From contig JBBRLX010000005.1 in NCBI GenBank assembly GCA_038231135.1, positions 96,001 through 160,000 on the forward strand: DNA of 64,000 nucleotides, read 5' to 3'. The position numbers and the translations under genes were made by a program. Origin of the DNA: Candidatus Eiseniibacteriota bacterium (GTDB lineage Bacteria; Eisenbacteria; RBG-16-71-46). The stretch's first letter is position 1. Every line of letters starts with the position of its first letter. Below the pieces are notes generated by a model. It was given only the letters and a program-made list of their open reading frames with translations. It ran no database searches and was not told where the DNA came from. Below are positions 1 through 8,491 of the stretch, piece after piece.

Positions 1-1149
1 CGCCAGCTGGTGAAGCTCGCCGCCGCGTTCGAGAAGCCGGTGCGCTCGATCCCCGATCCCAGCCACATGCTGTCGGGCGACGCGTTCGGCCCGCCGCCGT
101 TCGAGCCCGAGGACCTGCTGTTCCGCGATCCGATCCGCACCGATCCCGCGGGGCTCGCGGCTGCGTACGCCGGCCGCTGCGTGCTGATCACCGGCGCGGG
201 GGGGTCGATCGGCTCCGAGATCTGCCGCCAGATTGCGCAGCTCGAACCGTCGCGGCTCGTGCTGTTCGAGAAGCACGAGGCCAGTCTGTTCTTCACCGAG
301 CGCGAGCTGCGCACGCTCGCGCCCCAGCTCGACATCGTCGCCGTGATCGGCGACATCACCGACGCCGAACGCGTGACGCAGGTGATGCACGACACGCGGC
401 CCGACGTGGTGTTCCACGCGGCCGCGTACAAGCACGTGCCGATGATGGAGCACCATCCGTCCGAGGCCTACAAGACGAACGTGCTCGGCACCCGCGTGGT
501 GGCCGAGGCCGCGGCGCGTGCCGGCGTGGGCAGCTTCGTGCTGATCTCCACCGACAAGGCCGTCGAGCCGGTCAGCGTCATGGGCCTCACCAAGCGCATC
601 GCCGAGCTGACGGTGATGGGCCTGAACGGGCCCGGCCAGCCCCGCTACATGGCCGTGCGATTCGGCAACGTGCTCGATTCGAGTGGCAGCGTGGTGCCGC
701 TGTTCCGCGAGCAGATCGAGAAGGGTGGCCCGATCACCGTGACCCACTCGGAGGTGACCCGGCTGTTCATGACCGTGCCCGAGGCCGTGCAGCTCATCCT
801 GCACGCCGTGACGCTCGGTACGGGCGGCGAGGTGTTCGTGCTCGACATGGGCAAGCCGGTGCGGATCCTCGACCTGGCGAAGACGCTCGCCCGGCTGCAC
901 GGGCTCCACCCGGGCCGCGACATCGATATCGTGTTCACCGGGCTCAGGCCCGGCGAGCGGCTGTTCGAGACCCTGTTCAACGAGCACGAGAAGATCTGGA
1001 AGACGCCGCACCCCAAGATCCTGATGGCGGCGAACGGCGCGGGTGGTCCCGACGGGCGCAACGAGCTCGACCGGCTGCTCCAGGTGCTCGACGATCGCAT
1101 CCGCCAGGTCGCCGCGCCGCCGGGGCAGCCCGCGAGCCCGCCGTCATGA
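1..1149 (+). CDS. Polysaccharide biosynthesis NDP-sugar 4,6-dehydratase, CapD/PglF/WbpM-like (5' end probably outside window)
   Basis: Frame is open from base 1. Motifs TGAGGSIG, HAAAYKHVP, STDKAV, MGLTK (the MxxxK variant typical of PglF/WbpM), VRFGNVL and GLRPGE. Confidence 0.93.
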   Translation, partial: RQLVKLAAAFEKPVRSIPDPSHMLSGDAFGPPPFEPEDLLFRDPIRTDPAGLAAAYAGRCVLITGAGGSIGSEICRQIAQLEPSRLVLFEKHEASLFFTERELRTLAPQLDIVAVIGDITDAERVTQVMHDTRPDVVFHAAAYKHVPMMEHHPSEAYKTNVLGTRVVAEAAARAGVGSFVLISTDKAVEPVSVMGLTKRIAELTVMGLNGPGQPRYMAVRFGNVLDSSGSVVPLFREQIEKGGPITVTHSEVTRLFMTVPEAVQLILHAVTLGTGGEVFVLDMGKPVRILDLAKTLARLHGLHPGRDIDIVFTGLRPGERLFETLFNEHEKIWKTPHPKILMAANGAGGPDGRNELDRLLQVLDDRIRQVAAPPGQPASPPS

Positions 1150-2675
1150 GCGCGCGCCGCGTGACCGCACGCAAGGAGAAGCGCGCCGCCGAGCTGCGCG
1201 CGCTCGAGACCGCCGAAGTTCGCGCCCGGCTCACGGCCGACATCACGGCCGGCCGCGGTGCGCAGGCGGCGGACATGGCCGCGGCCGGCTACGGCGCGGT
1301 CGCGGGGGGTGCGGAGCGCGGCGCGACCGCCGGCGGTCGGAGAGTTCCGCCGTGGGCGCGGTTCGCGCGCAGCGCGCAGGCGCCGGTTGCGGACGTGGGG
1401 TCCGGAGCGTTCGGCGGCCGCCTCGCGTCGGCCATGCTGATCCTCGCCGTCATCCTGGTGCCGCTCGTCCAGCCGATCGGGCCCGGCCAGATCGCGGTGG
1501 GGGACCTGCTCAACGTCCTGGGGATGGCGTTGTTCGGCATCGTGCTGCTGACGCGGCGGCCACGCATCACGCTGCCGCTCATCATGCCGGTGTTCGTGAT
1601 CGCGTTCGCGAGCCTGATCGCCACGCTGAACGCCGCGGCGCCGGGCCAGAGCCTCGTCACCATGGCGCAGGACACCTACCTCTACCTGTGGTTCGTGGTG
1701 CTGGTGAACGTGTTCGCCGACCACGGCGACCTCCGGCGGGTGCGCTGGACCTGGATGGTGGTGTCGGCCGCGATCTCGCTGTATGGCGTGTATGCGCTGA
1801 TGCACACGTATCATTACGGCCTCGGCGCCCTGTTCGGCGCCAAGGGCGAGCGCGCGGCGGGGACGTTCGGCAACGCGAACTTCTTCGCCGACTATCTGGT
1901 GATCAGCTTCTTCGTGATCGCGAGTCTCGGCTCGGAGACCTCGTGGATGATCCGGTTTCCGGCGCTGGGGGCGATCCTGCTCGGACTGATGGCGTCCAAG
2001 TCGCTGGGTGGACTGCTGTCGCTGATCGGCGGCCTCCTGGTCTGGTTCTTCGCACGCTCCGCGACCCGCCGGACCTCGGTGCTGGCGACGGTCGCCGTCG
2101 TCAGCGTGCTGGGTGGCGTGGCGCTGCTCGGCGGCTGGGTGGTGAAGGAGTGGGGCATCGGCCAGAAGGGCCTCAAGGTGATGACGAGCCAGAGCGTCGT
2201 CGGCCGGCTCGACAAGAGCTCCGCGAGCCGCATCCAGATCTGGACCGAGCTGCGCAACCGGTTCGAGCGGCGGCCGCTCGGCATCGGCCCCGGGAACAGC
2301 AGCGAGATCATGCTGTCGGTGTCGAATCGCGAGCGCCGCGGCGGATCGGTGCAGGGCAAGGAGGCGCACAACGACTATGTCGGCTACGCGGTCGAACGCG
2401 GCCCGCTCGCGCTGCTCGCGCTGTTCGCGATGATCGTGATCTCGCTGCAGGTGCTCCAGCAGGGCTGGTCGCGCGTCCGCGACCGGTCGTCGGCGGTGCC
2501 CGGGGCGTGGGTCGCGGCGCTCGCTGCCGGGCTGATCGCGAGCTCGATCCACTCGTTCACGATCGAGAAGCTCCACTTCCGGCACTTCTGGTTCTTTCTG
2601 GCGCTGCTGTTCGCGCTGAGCGCCCGACTTAAGACTCGTCCTCCACCGGCCGCGGAGCCCGTCCGCCCGCGCTGA
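1146..2675 (+). CDS. O-antigen ligase/Wzy-like polysaccharide polymerase family membrane protein
   Basis: About 12 hydrophobic segments. RAAGTFGNAN, SRIQIW...PLGIGPG and EAHNDY motifs. ATGA overlap with the upstream gene. Confidence 0.85.
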   Translation: MSARRVTARKEKRAAELRALETAEVRARLTADITAGRGAQAADMAAAGYGAVAGGAERGATAGGRRVPPWARFARSAQAPVADVGSGAFGGRLASAMLILAVILVPLVQPIGPGQIAVGDLLNVLGMALFGIVLLTRRPRITLPLIMPVFVIAFASLIATLNAAAPGQSLVTMAQDTYLYLWFVVLVNVFADHGDLRRVRWTWMVVSAAISLYGVYALMHTYHYGLGALFGAKGERAAGTFGNANFFADYLVISFFVIASLGSETSWMIRFPALGAILLGLMASKSLGGLLSLIGGLLVWFFARSATRRTSVLATVAVVSVLGGVALLGGWVVKEWGIGQKGLKVMTSQSVVGRLDKSSASRIQIWTELRNRFERRPLGIGPGNSSEIMLSVSNRERRGGSVQGKEAHNDYVGYAVERGPLALLALFAMIVISLQVLQQGWSRVRDRSSAVPGAWVAALAAGLIASSIHSFTIEKLHFRHFWFFLALLFALSARLKTRPPPAAEPVRPR

Positions 2676-2964
2676 CGCCCGCGGGGGAGGTCCAAACCCC
2701 AACGGGGCCCGGGGTGACGCCCGGAACGCTCCGCGGACACCCCGGGGGCGGCGGTAACGCTGGCTACGGCGTGCGAAGCCGCCCCGGACTCGAATCGGGC
2801 ATCCCCGGTGCCGGTTTCCCAGGCCCGTGAAACGCTGGCCCGGGATGTGCTGTTGAGTTCTGTACGTCGACGGCTGCCGCGCAAGCGGCTCCCGGGGACA
2901 AGCTGCTGCACGAGCGGCCGATAGCGTGAAAGCCTTGCCTGTGGCGGCCCGCGTTGCGGCTGCG

Positions 2965-2998
2965 GTGTCGTCCGGACAATCGTCGGTCCGGACGACAC
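2965..2998. promoter_or_regulatory. Perfect 13-bp inverted repeat with 8-nt spacer (operator or hairpin)
   Basis: GTGTCGTCCGGAC-aatcgtcg-GTCCGGACGACAC in the 670-bp intergenic region. Confidence 0.4.
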
Positions 2999-3138
2999 GG
3001 AGGGCGGTGGGTCGGACGGCCCGCCGTCGGCGAATTCGCTGTGTATTTTGGCGAATTCGGCAGTGAATTTCGCACGATTTCGCGGTTGGAGTCATCGAAC
3101 TCGCAGCATGATTTGTCGGCAGGGGGGTGCTTTGATGC

Positions 3139-3147
3139 TGCTATACT
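3139..3147 (+). promoter_or_regulatory. Candidate extended -10 promoter element for the GT4-wzx operon
   Basis: TG-c-TATACT in a locally AT-rich patch about 200 nt upstream of the GT4 start. No well-spaced -35 is visible. Confidence 0.45.
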
Positions 3148-3349
3148 CTTTGCTCCGTTCCGGGACGCAGGGTCGAGGCCGGCAGGATCCGGGTTCGAGC
3201 GCCGTCGTCCTGGCCCGGGCCCCGATCTGCCGCCTCCCATACGAGTCACCCGACGTCCGCGCCCGCTGCCCGCGGGACCGGTCGACGGTGAGTCCCCGAA
3301 TCCCGGCTTTGTGCCGGGGCACCAACGAACAGAACAGGATCGTCCGCGG

Positions 3350-4537
3350 ATGACCGAGAACCCATCCAGTTCAGCCTCCATGCCCGCCGAAGCCATCCGG
3401 CTCGTGGACATCATCAACCTGAGTTCTTCGGCGAACACGCTGCTCAAGAACCGGGTGCTGTCGATGCGCGCCCGCGGCGTGGACAATCGCATCCTGTGCA
3501 TCGACGGGCCGTACGTGCGGCTGCTGCGCGACCAGGGCATCCCGGTCGCGACCGCGGGCATGCCGCGCAGCATGAATCCGTTCGCCATGCTGACGTCCAC
3601 GTTCGAGATGGCCGCCTACCTCAGGCGCGAGCGCATCGACGTCGTGCACACGCACTGCTCGATGCCCGGCGTCCTGGGCCGCATTGCCGCCAGGCTGGCC
3701 GGCGTGCCGGTGATCATCCACACGATCCACGGGCTCCACGTGCACGACCGCTGGCATCCGGTGCTGCTCAATCTGTTCACGTTCGCCGAGAAGTTCTGTG
3801 GCCGCTTCACCGACATGCTGCTGAGCCAGAACCGCATCGATCTCGAGCTGGCCCGCCGGCTCGCGCTGGTGCCCGCCGGCCGGCTGCGGTTCATCGGCAA
3901 CGGCATCGACATCGATCGCTTCCGCCCGCAGCCGCGCGTCGCTGCGGCTGGGCCGCTCACGATCGTCTGCACCGCAAGGCTCGAGCCGGTGAAGAACCAC
4001 CCGCAGCTGTTCCAGGCCATGAAGCTGCTGACCGAGCGCGGCATTCCGGCCCGCGTCTGGCTCGTGGGCGACGGTCCGCTCAAGCCCGAGTACGTGCGCA
4101 TGTGCGCCGAGCTCGGCATCGCCGACCGGGTCGAGTTCCTGGGGTATCGCGATGACGTGCCGGGGCTGCTCGCCAGGGCCGACGTGTCCGTGCTGACCTC
4201 GGTCAAAGAGGGCATCCCGCGGGCGCTGCTCGAGGCCATGGCCATGGAGCTGCCGGTGATCGGCACCCGCGTGGTCGGCACCGACGAGACCGTGCGTGAC
4301 GGCGAAACCGGCTGGCTCGTCGAGTACGGCGACGCCGAGGCGCTCGCCGAGCGGCTGGCGCGTCTCGCGGCCGATCCCGCGCTGCGCGCACGCCTCGGAC
4401 AACGGGGCCGTCAGGTGGTCGAGGCCGAGTTCAATGAACGCCAGATCGTGGAGTCGCTGGCCGCCATCTACCGCCAGATCCTGAGCACCAAGGGGCTCGG
4501 TGCCTCGATCTCCCAGCCGCACGCGGTGAAGCCGTGA
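3350..4537 (+). CDS. Glycosyltransferase family 4 (GT-B)
   Basis: VHTH, HTIHG, IGNGID, ARLEPVKN, FLGYRDDV and EGIPRALLEAMA (E-x7-E) motifs. Start is ATG 3350 or 3380; the ORF-track extension back to 2954 looks non-coding. Confidence 0.92.
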   Translation: MTENPSSSASMPAEAIRLVDIINLSSSANTLLKNRVLSMRARGVDNRILCIDGPYVRLLRDQGIPVATAGMPRSMNPFAMLTSTFEMAAYLRRERIDVVHTHCSMPGVLGRIAARLAGVPVIIHTIHGLHVHDRWHPVLLNLFTFAEKFCGRFTDMLLSQNRIDLELARRLALVPAGRLRFIGNGIDIDRFRPQPRVAAAGPLTIVCTARLEPVKNHPQLFQAMKLLTERGIPARVWLVGDGPLKPEYVRMCAELGIADRVEFLGYRDDVPGLLARADVSVLTSVKEGIPRALLEAMAMELPVIGTRVVGTDETVRDGETGWLVEYGDAEALAERLARLAADPALRARLGQRGRQVVEAEFNERQIVESLAAIYRQILSTKGLGASISQPHAVKP

Positions 4538-6099
4538 GCGAGCCGATTTCGGTGCCGAGCATGGGCATCGAGCCCACGGGTGGCTACGAACCCCCGGAGG
4601 GCCCGGTTAAGGCCCTGGCCTCGGGGACTTCGGTGCGCACCGCGGCGCGGATCGGCAAGAACTTCTCGTTCCGGATGGCCGCGCAGATCCTGAGCGCCAT
4701 GATCAACGTCGGCGCCATGGTGCTGCTCGGCAACTACCTGAGCGCCGAGCGCTACGGCGACTACGTGTTCTACTACGCGCTGATCCCGCTGATCGCGAGC
4801 CTCAGCGATCTCGGCACCGGCGTCATGATCACGAAGGAGATCGCGCGCGAGAAGCTGATGGGTCCGCGGTTCTACGGCGACGCCCTGCTGATCAAGGGGG
4901 TGGTCGGGCTCGCGCTGCTCACGATCGTGTCCGTGGCGTCGTGGACCACGCTCGATCACGGTCGCGCGCTGCTCGTGACGCTGGTGTGCGCGACCGCGCT
5001 CATCGACTTCAGCCAGGACGTGTCGGTGTGGATCGTGCGCGCGCACGAGCGGCTCGACGTCGAGGCGGTGCTGCTGCTCGCGAGCCAGGTGGCGTGGATG
5101 GGAGGCATCGCGGTGGGCGCGGCGCTCCACCTGTCGCTGCCGTGGCTGCTGGCGTCCGCGAGCGTCGCGTTCGCGATGCGCACGCTGATCGGCATCTGGA
5201 TCGTGCGGCGCCGGTTCTACCGCCCGGTGTTCCAGCCGGATTACGCCCGGCTCCGGAAGTTCGTGCTGCAGGCGCTGCCGTTCGGCCTCGCGATGTTCAT
5301 CGTGGTGCTGTACGGCCGCATCGGCGTGCTGATGCTGAAGGCGATGGCCGGCAAGGCCGACGTGGCGCTGTTCAACGTCGGCTACATGCTGTCCCAGCCG
5401 CTCGGATTCATCTCGACCGCACTGAGCATGGCGGCGTTCCCGGCGCTCGCCCGCCGCGCCCAGCGCGGCCACGGCGCGATCTCGAGCGCGCTGCGGCGCA
5501 CCACCAAGTACCAGTTCCTCGTGACGCTGCCGATGATGGCGGGCCTGTTCCTGCTGGCCGAGCGCGTGATCCCGCTGCTGTTCCACGGCACCGACTTCGC
5601 GCGCGCCGGGTTCGCGCTCAAGCTCATGAGCCTCGGGCTGGCGTTCATCTTCATGAACCTGATGTCGCGCTACGTGCTGGCGGCGATCGACGCGAACCAG
5701 GTGTATCTCCGGGCGGTGCTGGTCGGGCTGGCGGTGAATGTCGCGATCGGCGTGATGCTGATCCCGCGCTACGGTTTCGCCGGCGCCTGCATCGCCCAGC
5801 TGTCCGGCGAGCTGTCGATCTTCGTGATGTGCCAGAGCGCGCTCACGCGCTACGTGAGCGTGCGCGAGGTGTTCGCCGCGCTGGTGCGGCCCGCGTTGGC
5901 GGCGCTCGGCAGCGGCGCCGTCGTGTGGCTGCTGCGGCATTCCAACCTGGCGCTGGCCGTGGTCGCGGGCGGCGCCACCTACGTCGTGCTGCTGTTCGTG
6001 GTGCGTGCGTTCAACGACGACGAGCTGCGCCTGATGCGCGGCGTGCTCCAGTCGTTCGTCCCCGGTTCGGCCCCCGGCCGTGCCGAACCTCGTTCGTGA
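4534..6099 (+). CDS. Wzx-type polysaccharide flippase (MOP/PST family)
   Basis: About 14 TM segments. YLSAERYGDY, DLGTG..ITKEIAR, FPALAR and LIPRYGFAGA motifs. GTGA overlap with the GT4 stop. Confidence 0.9.
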   Translation: MSEPISVPSMGIEPTGGYEPPEGPVKALASGTSVRTAARIGKNFSFRMAAQILSAMINVGAMVLLGNYLSAERYGDYVFYYALIPLIASLSDLGTGVMITKEIAREKLMGPRFYGDALLIKGVVGLALLTIVSVASWTTLDHGRALLVTLVCATALIDFSQDVSVWIVRAHERLDVEAVLLLASQVAWMGGIAVGAALHLSLPWLLASASVAFAMRTLIGIWIVRRRFYRPVFQPDYARLRKFVLQALPFGLAMFIVVLYGRIGVLMLKAMAGKADVALFNVGYMLSQPLGFISTALSMAAFPALARRAQRGHGAISSALRRTTKYQFLVTLPMMAGLFLLAERVIPLLFHGTDFARAGFALKLMSLGLAFIFMNLMSRYVLAAIDANQVYLRAVLVGLAVNVAIGVMLIPRYGFAGACIAQLSGELSIFVMCQSALTRYVSVREVFAALVRPALAALGSGAVVWLLRHSNLALAVVAGGATYVVLLFVVRAFNDDELRLMRGVLQSFVPGSAPGRAEPRS

Positions 6100-6113
6100 G
6101 CCAAGGAGCCCGC

Positions 6114-7583
6114 ATGTCCAGCTCGGGAGTGTCGGTGATCGGGAGTCCCCTGTCGGAACGGGCGCGGATGCTGCCCCTGCGCGCGCACGATCCGTCGTCC
6201 AAGCTCGTGTCGCTGTCGCTGGGCATCGAGTCGAACGATTTGATCGACCGCTCGCTGGCCGAGATGGCCGAGTTGCCGTACGTGGACGACATCCTCGCGC
6301 TCCCCGACGTGCACCAGAAGGCGCAGATGGAGATCCCATCCAGCATCGCCGTCACGACCCGAGACGTGATCGTGCCCGAGTTCACCTCGGCCGCGGTCAA
6401 CGACGGCATGGGGGTGGTGGTCACCGACCTCGACGCATCGGCGCTCACGCCCGAGCGGCTGAGGGCGTTCTTCACGCGCGTGAACTCGAATTCCGCGGCG
6501 CATCCGTTCGACGGCAACCGCTACAGCATCTCGGGTGACGAGCTGCGCCGCGTGATCGCGGTGGGCGGCCGGGGCGCGCTCGGCCGCTACGGATTCCCGG
6601 AGTCGGTGCTCGACCGGTTCGAGGACCGCGGCGCGATCTCGGGCGTCGCCGACGTGCGCGCCGAGGACGTCGTGCCGCTGCACCTGCTCACCACGCGATT
6701 CAGCCGCTCCGAGATGGGTCTCAACTTCGGCGGCAACCACTTCCTCGAGGTCCAGGTGGTCGACAAGGTGCTCGATCCCATCGCGTCGACGTGGGGGCTC
6801 CGCGAGGGCCAGGTGGTCGTGATGTACCACCTCGGTCCGGGACCGTTCTCGGGCACGCTGCTGCATCACTATTCGCGCCGCACCAAGCTCAAGTCGCACC
6901 GCGTCCCGATGTTCTTCCTGTCCAAGCTGATGTTCCACTACCTGCAACGCATGGGCCGCACGAATCCCGCGAAGGCGTGGGCGATGCACTTCCGCCAGAA
7001 CCGCTGGACGCCGTTCCCGGTGCGGTCGGAGGAGGGTCAGCTGTTCCGGAAGGCACTCGCCATGGCGCTCAACTTCGGCTACGCCTACCGGCTCGCCACC
7101 GTGCGCGCGATCGTCGACGGACTCACCGAGGCGGTGTCGCCGAACGTACGCGCGGAGCTGCTGTGCGACATCTCGCACAACGGCATCACCGAGGAGACGT
7201 GGGGCGGCCGCCGCGGCTGGATCGCGCGGCACAACGCCTGCCGGCTCGCTCCGGGCGGCCCCGCGATCGTGGCCGGATCGTACGACGTGGCGTCGTATCT
7301 CGGTGTCGGCCTCGACGGCGGCCCCGACGGCCGGCTGCATTCGTACGACCACGGCGCCGGCAACCTGATCGAGCACTTCCGCGACCGCGGCACGCTCGAT
7401 CGCGACGCCGGCACCGTCACCCGGCTCAAGATGACCCGCGGCAAGAACGCGGAAGTCGTGCGCAGCGAGCAGGTGCCGATGCGCTCGGCGATGCCGATCG
7501 ATCTCGTGATGGAATGCCTCGAGCGCAATGGCGTGGTGCGTCCGGCCGTGCGGTTGCGGCCGATCGGCAACTTCAAGAACTGA
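6114..7583 (+). CDS. Divergent RtcB-fold protein (489 aa)
   Basis: AAGGAG RBS at 6103. RtcB motifs appear in the correct order: LPDVH, AVNDGM (canonical DINCG), GGNHFLEVQ, MYHLG, DISHN, RHNA, AGSY, YDHGAG and terminal RLRPIGNFKN. Confidence 0.85.
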   Translation: MSSSGVSVIGSPLSERARMLPLRAHDPSSKLVSLSLGIESNDLIDRSLAEMAELPYVDDILALPDVHQKAQMEIPSSIAVTTRDVIVPEFTSAAVNDGMGVVVTDLDASALTPERLRAFFTRVNSNSAAHPFDGNRYSISGDELRRVIAVGGRGALGRYGFPESVLDRFEDRGAISGVADVRAEDVVPLHLLTTRFSRSEMGLNFGGNHFLEVQVVDKVLDPIASTWGLREGQVVVMYHLGPGPFSGTLLHHYSRRTKLKSHRVPMFFLSKLMFHYLQRMGRTNPAKAWAMHFRQNRWTPFPVRSEEGQLFRKALAMALNFGYAYRLATVRAIVDGLTEAVSPNVRAELLCDISHNGITEETWGGRRGWIARHNACRLAPGGPAIVAGSYDVASYLGVGLDGGPDGRLHSYDHGAGNLIEHFRDRGTLDRDAGTVTRLKMTRGKNAEVVRSEQVPMRSAMPIDLVMECLERNGVVRPAVRLRPIGNFKN

Positions 7584-7599
7584 CCCTAAGGAACCCCCC

Positions 7600-8457
7600 A
7601 TGGCCCTAGAATCCCCACGCGAGCTGCGAGCGCTCTGCCAGGCCGGCAAGGAAGTCGACCCGGGGTGGTACTTCGTGCACCGCCGGCTGTCGATCTACGT
7701 CACGTGGCTGCTGCTGCACACGCGCGTGACGCCGAACCAGGTGACGCTGCTGATGATGGTCACGGGCACCGTGGGCGCGGCGCTGCTGGTGCCGCATGCG
7801 GCCGCGCTCAACGTGTGCGGATTCCTGGTGCTGTACCTGGCATTCCTGCTCGACAAGGTCGACGGTGAGATCGCCCGCTACCGCGGCGTGTCGTCGACGC
7901 GCGGCCTGCTGCTCGACCGACTGCACCATCTGGCGATCGAGCCGCTGGTGTTCCTCGCCGCCGCGTGGCACGACGGGTCCACGTCCGGATCGCTCGGCGC
8001 CTGGAACGCGGGCTGGGCGATCATCGTGCTCGGCAACATCGTGGACGAGCACCAGCACCTGTCGGCCTACATCCTGTTCAAGCACCTGCGCGGCACCCAC
8101 CGACGCCCCGCCCGGGGCCTTAGGGTCCCGCCGCCCGGGCTCGCCGTCGCGCTCCGGCTGATGCGGCCGCTCAAGGCGTTCCGGATGTTCATCATCGCGG
8201 TGCCCGCCCTCGCTGCCGCCTATGTCGCGGAAGCGTGGACCGGGGCGCCGGTCGTGAGGTGGTACCTGTACGCGAGCACCGCCGGGCTCGCCGTGTTCCT
8301 GGCCTTCCAGGCCTATTACTACTTCCAGTTCAAACTCGAAGCGGAAATCGGCGAACAGGCGGAGCTCCTCGCGGACGATGCCGGCGCCGGATCCGCAGCG
8401 AGCGGGACCCCGGAACCCGGGCGCGAGACTGCGCTGCGGGCCGTGTCCCGTGGCTGA
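7600..8457 (+). CDS. CDP-alcohol phosphotransferase family membrane protein
   Basis: TPNQVT helix followed by DKVDGEIAR-x8-GLLLDRLHH (DxxDGxxAR...GxxxDxxxD with the last Asp replaced by His). About 6 TMs. AAGGA RBS. Confidence 0.85.
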   Translation: MALESPRELRALCQAGKEVDPGWYFVHRRLSIYVTWLLLHTRVTPNQVTLLMMVTGTVGAALLVPHAAALNVCGFLVLYLAFLLDKVDGEIARYRGVSSTRGLLLDRLHHLAIEPLVFLAAAWHDGSTSGSLGAWNAGWAIIVLGNIVDEHQHLSAYILFKHLRGTHRRPARGLRVPPPGLAVALRLMRPLKAFRMFIIAVPALAAAYVAEAWTGAPVVRWYLYASTAGLAVFLAFQAYYYFQFKLEAEIGEQAELLADDAGAGSAASGTPEPGRETALRAVSRG

Positions 8458-8491
8458 ACCCCGGTCCCACACCCTCGAGGTCAAAGCCGCA

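Noticed and set aside
2750..2928. ops/JUMPStart-like words (GGCGGTAACG, GCCGATAGCGTG)
   Set aside because: Imperfect matches are expected by chance in GC-rich DNA, and they lie far from the next start codon.
4941..6113. ORF track shows an 880-aa ORF suggesting a long N-terminal extension on the RtcB-like protein
   Set aside because: The extension is an off-frame shadow of the flippase. The real start is ATG 6114 with an AAGGAG RBS.
6114..7583. Canonical rtcB RNA-repair gene or intein-containing RtcB
   Set aside because: The key DINCG motif is altered and no repair partners are nearby. The length leaves no room for an intein and no splice motifs were seen, so no gene symbol was assigned.
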